From the NCBI GenBank assembly GCA_036505865.1, contig DASXSP010000002.1, forward strand, positions 6,745 through 70,744: 64,000 nt of DNA. Reading direction: 5' to 3'. Below the pieces are notes generated by a model that did not search any database, had not been told where the DNA came from, and saw nothing but the letters and a program-made list of their open reading frames with translations. This DNA is from Casimicrobiaceae bacterium. Lineage in GTDB: Bacteria; Pseudomonadota; Gammaproteobacteria; Burkholderiales; Casimicrobiaceae. Position numbers and translations under genes: made by a program. This document shows positions 58,502-64,000 of this stretch, piece after piece (position 1 is the first letter of the stretch; each line of letters opens with the position of its first letter).

Positions 58502-59227
58502 ATGGCGACAGAACCGGCATTGGTTGGCATCGCGGGCCGTTTGCGGGACGATCTTTCGGAGCTCCGGTTCGGAGGATTGGTCGATCACGTTTACAACCCG
58601 CTTGTGTACGCATGGGCACCGCACCGTGAGTACCTGGAGCGCTACGGCCGCGACCCGCGTAGCGTGCTGCTCGTCGGCATGAACGCCGGCTACTACGGGA
58701 TGGTGCAAAGCGGCGTTCCTTTCGGCGACGTCGAGATGGTCCGCGATTGGCTCGCGATTGACGGACCCGTCGAGCGGCCGAAAGACGAACACCCGAAGCG
58801 GCCGGTAGAAGGCTTTGCGTGCCGGCGTCGTGAGATCAGCGGACAGCGCCTATGGGGATGGGCACGCGATACGTTTCGCACGCCGAAGCGATTCTTCGCA
58901 CGCTTTTTCGTCATCAATTATTGTCCGCTCTGCTTCCTCGCCAAAAGCGGCGCAAACGTTGCGCTCGATAAGCTTCCGGCCGCGTCACGCAAACATTTGC
59001 TCGCCGCGTGCGACCGAGCGATCAACGACGCCGCCGATGCACTGTCGATTCGCTACGCGATCGGCCTTGGCCGCTTCGCCGCGCAAAGGGTCGCGACGAT
59101 ACTACGCGACAAGGTGGTCTGCGGCGCCGCACCGCATCCGAGTCCGGCGAATGCGAGTGTGGGACTCAACTGGCCCCACGAGATGAACCGGGCGCTCGCC
59201 ATCCTGGGCATTCGCGTTCGCGACTAG
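58502..59227 (+). CDS. SMUG1-family uracil-DNA glycosylase
   Basis: [61 protein letters not shown]. Confidence 0.92.
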   Translation: MATEPALVGIAGRLRDDLSELRFGGLVDHVYNPLVYAWAPHREYLERYGRDPRSVLLVGMNAGYYGMVQSGVPFGDVEMVRDWLAIDGPVERPKDEHPKRPVEGFACRRREISGQRLWGWARDTFRTPKRFFARFFVINYCPLCFLAKSGANVALDKLPAASRKHLLAACDRAINDAADALSIRYAIGLGRFAAQRVATILRDKVVCGAAPHPSPANASVGLNWPHEMNRALAILGIRVRD

Positions 59228-59253
59228 GCATGGCGCGCGCTTCGGGCGCGAGC

Positions 59254-60261
59254 CTAGAGCTTATTAGGGTCGAATCCCGTTTCGTCGTAGATCGACTTCA
59301 GCAGATCCTTGCCGACTCTATCTCCCATTTCCACGTGGACCTTCATCAGTACTTTTTTCCATGTCTTTCGTTCATCCGCCGACAGCGTCACGATCTCTGT
59401 TTTGCCGGCGCGGCGTATCCCTTCCAACGCGTCGTCGTTCTCTTGCTTCGCGATTCGGTTGAAATAATCGGTCGTTTCCTTCATTGCCCCTTCGAGCGTC
59501 GCCTGAACATTCGGAGGCAGACCATCCCAGAATTTCTTGTTTGTGATCACCGCGTAGCCGTGATACCCGTGGTCTGACATCGTCAGATATTTCTGCACCT
59601 CGAAGAGCTTTGACTGGAACACATTCGACGTGGGATTTTCCTGACCGTCGACGACGCCCGTCTGCAACGCCTGGTACACCTCGCCGAATCCCATCACCTG
59701 CGGAATTGCGCCGAGCGCGCGCATTTGCGCATCGATTACCTTTGACGACTGAATACGGATTTTTTGGCCCTTGAAGTCCTCGGGCTTTCGGATGGGCTTG
59801 TTGGAGGTCATCTCCTTGAAGCCGTTGTCCCAGAACGCCAGATCGACAATTCCCTTGCTCTCCAGCATCTTGAGCATCCGCTTGCCGATTGCGCCCTGCG
59901 TCACTCGATGCTCGTCGTCGATCGTGTCAAAGAGAAACGGAAAATCCAGCACTTCAAACTCGCGCACGCCCATCGGACCGAATTTACCCGGCGTCGGCGC
60001 GAGCATCTGGACGGAGCCAAGTTGCAGCGCCTCGACTTCTTCGCCATCCTTGAACAACACGCTGTTGTGGTAGACCTCGACTTTGACCGCACCCTTGGTG
60101 CGCTCTTCGACCAATCGCTTGAAATATTCGGCCGCTTTGCCCTTCGGCGCGTCGCTCGCGACGACGTGGCTGAACTTGATGACAATCGGCTGTTGGGCAA
60201 TGGCCAAGGTACTTGCGATCGAAACTCCAAGCGCAAACAAGGCAACGTAGATCGCTTTCAT
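59254..60261 (-). CDS. dctP: TRAP transporter substrate-binding protein
   Basis: IKFSHVVASDAPKGK, WDNGFK, KIRIQSS, LQTGVVDGQEN. Confidence 0.93.
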   Translation of the reverse strand: MKAIYVALFALGVSIASTLAIAQQPIVIKFSHVVASDAPKGKAAEYFKRLVEERTKGAVKVEVYHNSVLFKDGEEVEALQLGSVQMLAPTPGKFGPMGVREFEVLDFPFLFDTIDDEHRVTQGAIGKRMLKMLESKGIVDLAFWDNGFKEMTSNKPIRKPEDFKGQKIRIQSSKVIDAQMRALGAIPQVMGFGEVYQALQTGVVDGQENPTSNVFQSKLFEVQKYLTMSDHGYHGYAVITNKKFWDGLPPNVQATLEGAMKETTDYFNRIAKQENDDALEGIRRAGKTEIVTLSADERKTWKKVLMKVHVEMGDRVGKDLLKSIYDETGFDPNKL

Positions 60262-60474
60262 TCGTCCTCCGTCATGCTCGCTTATGGCTCATGATGATCC
60301 ATCATAAGTCAACAGCCTGAAGCCGACGCCACGTAAGCCCGGCGCCTACAGCGATTTCAGTCGACCTGGGATTCCCGCTCGTCCTAGGCGATCGCATACT
60401 GATTAGCGAGATCTCGCCCCGGGCGAACGCGCTGGGTGGGCGCAATCCAGGCAATCGACCTATGGAGATTGACG

Positions 60475-60681
60475 ATGAATAGAGCGACGAAATGCCTCCT
60501 TTGCACATTGCTTGCTGCAAGCCTAGCGGCGTGCGGCGGCATGACGACCCGCGAGAGAGACACCGTCGTGGGCGCGGGCGTTGGCGCCGCGGCCGGCGCT
60601 GCGATCACGAATGACGTCGGTGGTGCCGTCGGAGGGGGTATCGTGGGCGGCGTAATCGGCAACCAAATCGGCCGCCACTGA
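60475..60681 (+). CDS. Glycine-zipper lipoprotein (OsmB-like)
   Basis: Lipobox LAAC; GAGVGAAAGA...GGAVGGGIVGGVIG. Confidence 0.88.
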   Translation: MNRATKCLLCTLLAASLAACGGMTTRERDTVVGAGVGAAAGAAITNDVGGAVGGGIVGGVIGNQIGRH

Positions 60682-60710
60682 CGAAGGTAACTGCTGTAAC
60701 TATTGCGAAA

Positions 60711-60739
60711 GCCACGGCCGGAGCTTGTCCGGCCGTGGC
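60711..60739. terminator. 12-bp hairpin between convergent small genes
   Basis: GCCACGGCCGGA-gcttg-TCCGGCCGTGGC; short U-tract on the minus strand. Confidence 0.75.
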
Positions 60740-60755
60740 AGTGTGCGCTCCCGCG

Positions 60756-60893
60756 TTACGGAAAAAACAATTGTGCGAGCAGCAGCAGCACGGGTAGCCA
60801 AACCAGCGACATGACCCCGATGTACGCGGGCCACGGCAACGATCGGCCCGCCACGCGAGCCGCAGCGTAGCGCTGTGCAATTCCGTTTGCCAT
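60756..60893 (-). CDS. Putative 45-aa single-pass membrane protein
   Basis: MANGIAQ...WPAYIGVMSLVWLPVLLLLAQLFFP; GGAGAAG upstream and the hairpin just downstream. Confidence 0.5.
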   Translation of the reverse strand: MANGIAQRYAAARVAGRSLPWPAYIGVMSLVWLPVLLLLAQLFFP

Positions 60894-61050
60894 GCGTCTT
60901 CTCCCGCGAATAGCGTGCGGAAAGATTGCCGCATCTGACGCGTTGTCGACTATCAGGAACGCGACCGTAACGCTGTAGGACAAACTGGGAAATTCCGCCC
61001 GGCGGCGCGAGCGTGCTCTAATCCGTTCTCCGTCGCGCACATGCGCGAGC

Positions 61051-62610
61051 ATGATGAACGCCATGAGCCATCTTCAGGCAAGACTCCGCGCGCTGTCGCC
61101 CCGCATTCTCGTCGGTCTTCGACGCGGGATCGAAAAAGAAAGTTTGCGCGTTCGGCCGGAAGGAACGCTTGCCACGACGCCGCACCAGCCGGCGCTTGGA
61201 TCGGCGCTAACCCATCCGCACATCACTACCGATTTCAGCGAAGTACAGCTCGAGCTCATCACGGGCGTCCATGCAACCGCGGACACGTGTCTTGGCGAGC
61301 TGAAACACCTCCATCAATTTGTCTACCGACACATCGGCGACGAGATGCTTTGGTGCGCAAGCATGCCGTGCAAGCTGCCCGAGGACGAGAGCGCAATTCC
61401 CATCGCGCATTTCGGCCCATCGAACGTAGGCCGAGCAAAGACCGTGTATCGCATTGGCCTCTCGCATCGCTACGGTCGGCGCATGCAGATGATTTCCGGC
61501 GTTCATTACAATTTTTCGCTGCTCGAAGACGCTTGGCCGCTTGTCGATCTGGCCAATGCCAACGATGCCTATTTCGCGCTCATCCGCAATTTCCGGCGTC
61601 ACGCATGGCTGCTCCTATATCTCTTTGGCGCGTCGCCTGCGGTGTGCGCAACCTTTATCGACGGCCGCTCCCATGAGCTCCGCGAATTCGCGCCGGGTAC
61701 CTTTTATCTTCCTCACGCGACGTCGCTCCGGATGGGGCGTCTCGGCTATCTAAGCGAGGCACAGGATTCGCTCGCGGTGAGCTACAACGACCTGGAGAGC
61801 TACGCCGCCTCGCTCGACGATGCGCTCACGAAAGCGTATCCGGCGTACGAGGCGATCGGCATCCGCGACGGCGACGACTATCGCCAACTTGCCCCGAGCC
61901 TGCTGCAGATCGAGAACGAGTTCTACAGCACCATCCGGCCCAAGCGCGTGGTCCGCCCGGGAGAGCGGCCATTGCACGCGCTGCGCGAGCGCGGCGTTGA
62001 GTACGTCGAGATCCGCGCGATGGATCTTGATCCGTTCTCCGCCATTGGCATCGCTGCAGAAACAGCTCGGTTCCTGGACGTCTTTCTCCTGCATTGCCTG
62101 CTCCGCGACAGCCCGCCGGATTCGCTGGAGGAAATCAGAGCCATCGGACGCAACAAACAGCGCGTCGCCGCGCACGGAAGGGAGCCCGCGCTCCGCCTGG
62201 AGCGAGGTCGCGAGGAGATCGAGTTGCCGCAATGGGCCGGTCAAGTGCTCAGCGAATGCGCACCGATCGCCACGGCACTCGACGCGGCGCATGGTGGCAC
62301 CGCGCACCACGAAGCGCTTTCCGCTGCCGTACGTGCGGTAAGAAATCCCTCGTTGCTTCCGTCTGCGCGCATCCTGAACGAAATGCAGCAGCGCTACGAC
62401 GGATCTTACTTCCGCTTCGCGCTCGACTACTCGCTTCGACATAGAATTGATTTGCAACGCGAGCCGTTGCCGCGTGAAGTCGAGGCTGACTTGGCCCGCA
62501 TGGCGCGCGAATCGCTCGACAAGCAGCGAGCGATCGAAGCCGAGGACAAGATACCCTTCGAAAAATACCGCCAACAGTATCTTTCGCCGGAGTCGCTTCG
62601 AGCGGGATGA
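61051..62610 (+). CDS. gshA: Glutamate--cysteine ligase
   Basis: GIEKESLRV, ITTDFSEVQLE, WCASMP, GVHYNFS, TSLRMGRLGY, LQIENEFYSTIRPK, YVEIRAMD. Confidence 0.96.
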   Translation: MMNAMSHLQARLRALSPRILVGLRRGIEKESLRVRPEGTLATTPHQPALGSALTHPHITTDFSEVQLELITGVHATADTCLGELKHLHQFVYRHIGDEMLWCASMPCKLPEDESAIPIAHFGPSNVGRAKTVYRIGLSHRYGRRMQMISGVHYNFSLLEDAWPLVDLANANDAYFALIRNFRRHAWLLLYLFGASPAVCATFIDGRSHELREFAPGTFYLPHATSLRMGRLGYLSEAQDSLAVSYNDLESYAASLDDALTKAYPAYEAIGIRDGDDYRQLAPSLLQIENEFYSTIRPKRVVRPGERPLHALRERGVEYVEIRAMDLDPFSAIGIAAETARFLDVFLLHCLLRDSPPDSLEEIRAIGRNKQRVAAHGREPALRLERGREEIELPQWAGQVLSECAPIATALDAAHGGTAHHEALSAAVRAVRNPSLLPSARILNEMQQRYDGSYFRFALDYSLRHRIDLQREPLPREVEADLARMARESLDKQRAIEAEDKIPFEKYRQQYLSPESLRAG

Positions 62611-62682
62611 CGGCTCACGCAACTGTTGCCGTCGCGCGCGGTCGAAGGACCTGCGCCAGCGACCATCAACAGGAGTCACGGG

Positions 62683-63579
62683 ATGCCCGAGACCGGATCC
62701 GAACCTACATTCTCTTCATTGATCGTCGACGACGATGGCGGTTCCGGCCGCGTTCGATTGGCGCGACCGCCTGCGACCGCTCCCAAGCGATGGTGGATGG
62801 CGTTGGCCGCCTTGACACTTGCCGGCGCTGCCATCGTCTATTGGTGGCGGCACGAACAAGCGCCCTCCCCGCCGGCAACGACGGCGCCGGCCGAAACGGC
62901 GCCGCAGAAGGTCGATGCTCCGCCTGCGAAAGCAGAGCCCGCGATTCGGCACCCGATCGACGATGCGCGCTCTCGCGAGAGTCTGCCCGCGCTGGCGGGC
63001 AGCGACACGATTGTCCGCGACGCGCTTTCCGGCGTGCCGGGTGCAACCGGTTTCGAGCGATTCTTTTATCCGCAGGACATCGTGCTCCGCTTCGTCGCGA
63101 CCGTCGACAACCTTCCGCGCAAGTCGGTGTCCCCGCAAATTATGGCGATCCGGCCGGTGCCCGGCGCGTTTCTAGCTGCGGGCGCTGACGACAAACCCAC
63201 AATCGACCGAGACAACGCGGCGCGCTACACGCCCTACGTGCGGCTCGTTCAGGCAGTCGACACGAAACGGCTCGTCGCGCTCTACGTGCGCTTTTACCCG
63301 TGGTTCCAGCAGGCGTATCAAGACCTGGGCTATCCGTCTGGCTACTTCAACGACCGATTGATCGACGTGATCGACAACTTGCTCGCGGCGCCTGAAATAT
63401 CAGCGCCGGTCGCGCTCGTGCAGCCACACGTGCTCTACCTGTTCGCAGATCCCGAGCTCGAGAGATTGTCGGCGGGGCAGAAGATGATGTTGCGGATGGG
63501 GGGCGAAAACGCCGCCCATATCAAGATCAAGCTGCGCGAGCTGCGCGGCATGCTGACGGGCACGATGTCTCCGCGCTAA
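62683..63579 (+). CDS. DUF3014 family membrane-anchored protein
   Basis: One TM helix; FVATVDNLPR, NAARYTPYV, YPWFQQAYQDLGYP, LSAGQKMMLRMG; AGGAG RBS. Confidence 0.88.
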   Translation: MPETGSEPTFSSLIVDDDGGSGRVRLARPPATAPKRWWMALAALTLAGAAIVYWWRHEQAPSPPATTAPAETAPQKVDAPPAKAEPAIRHPIDDARSRESLPALAGSDTIVRDALSGVPGATGFERFFYPQDIVLRFVATVDNLPRKSVSPQIMAIRPVPGAFLAAGADDKPTIDRDNAARYTPYVRLVQAVDTKRLVALYVRFYPWFQQAYQDLGYPSGYFNDRLIDVIDNLLAAPEISAPVALVQPHVLYLFADPELERLSAGQKMMLRMGGENAAHIKIKLRELRGMLTGTMSPR

Positions 63580-63650
63580 AGCGTTTCCGGCTCACGCAAT
63601 CATCCCGCGCGGAGACGACCCCGAATTCTGGAAGCGAACGACACGACCAT

Positions 63651-64000
63651 TCAGTTGGCGGTGGGCACGGGCGCCTCCGCCGCGATGAGCTGCTCCTGCT
63701 TGAGCTCGTCCCAGAACGCGCTCGGAATCGGGGCGCGACAATGCGTGATGTTTGCGTCCGCTTCCAAAGCACTTCGCATGCCCGTCACCACGCTTGCAAC
63801 GGCGGGGTGCGCCAGCGGGAACTGCAACGCCGCGGCGGCGAGCGCCACACCGTGCCGCGCGCAAACCGCTTCGATCCGGCGTGTGCGCGCGATGATCTCC
63901 GGCTCAGCCTCGACATAAAAAAAAGTTGCACCGGGGTGTGCACCGGTGGCAAGGATGCCGGAATTGAACGGCGCCGCCATCAGCACGGAGATGCCTCGGC
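63651..64000 (-). CDS. Aldo/keto reductase, C-terminal part (runs off window)
   Basis: AAPFNSGILATG, ALQFPLAHPAVASVVTG, IPSAFWDELK. Confidence 0.88.
   Translation of the reverse strand, partial: RGISVLMAAPFNSGILATGAHPGATFFYVEAEPEIIARTRRIEAVCARHGVALAAAALQFPLAHPAVASVVTGMRSALEADANITHCRAPIPSAFWDELKQEQLIAAEAPVPTAN

Overview
High-GC (roughly 60-65%) bacterial chromosomal segment; gene content and intergenic repeats suggest a betaproteobacterium (Burkholderiales-like). No rRNA, tRNA, CRISPR array, transposase or integrase was seen. Left to right: (1) 3' end of a low-complexity secreted-type protein; (2) phenylacetate catabolic operon paaABCDE-N-G-H-I-K plus a ketopantoate reductase gene, divergent from paaX, with a candidate PaaX operator; (3) an ABC importer; (4) kbp (BON-LysM) and a tiny acidic ORF; (5) a c-di-GMP-I riboswitch in front of a subtilase with three Ig-like domains, then two PEP-CTERM genes sharing a sigma54 promoter plus enhancer layout; (6) SDR and a split membrane/spermidine-synthase-like pair; (7) a stress/dormancy-type island (hemerythrin, PRC-barrel, orphan NtrC-type activator, CBS, DUF3175, PRTase, alpha/beta hydrolase, erythromycin-esterase family, GT4 + deacetylase, lipoprotein) with four sigma54 promoters; (8) a cytochrome c-PQQ dehydrogenase fusion, a decayed PQQ sugar dehydrogenase, a second subtilase, zf-UBP plus cNMP-thioredoxin reductase-like genes; (9) methyltransferase, SagB-like nitroreductase, class I aldolase, ECF sigma/anti-sigma facing a beta-propeller-cupredoxin gene; (10) RidA, asnS, CapA-family, a full-length CEMIP/TMEM2-like G8 gene broken at a G6 run, archease-rtcB divergent from SMUG1, orphan dctP, gshA, DUF3014 and a partial aldo-keto reductase. 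Best leads: a translated REP/MITE-like element that supplies start/stop codons at operon junctions, a sigma54-driven gene set resembling the mycobacterial DosR regulon, and the bacterial CEMIP/TMEM2 homolog. Family assignments come from motif recognition only; no database search was run, and start codons are best estimates.
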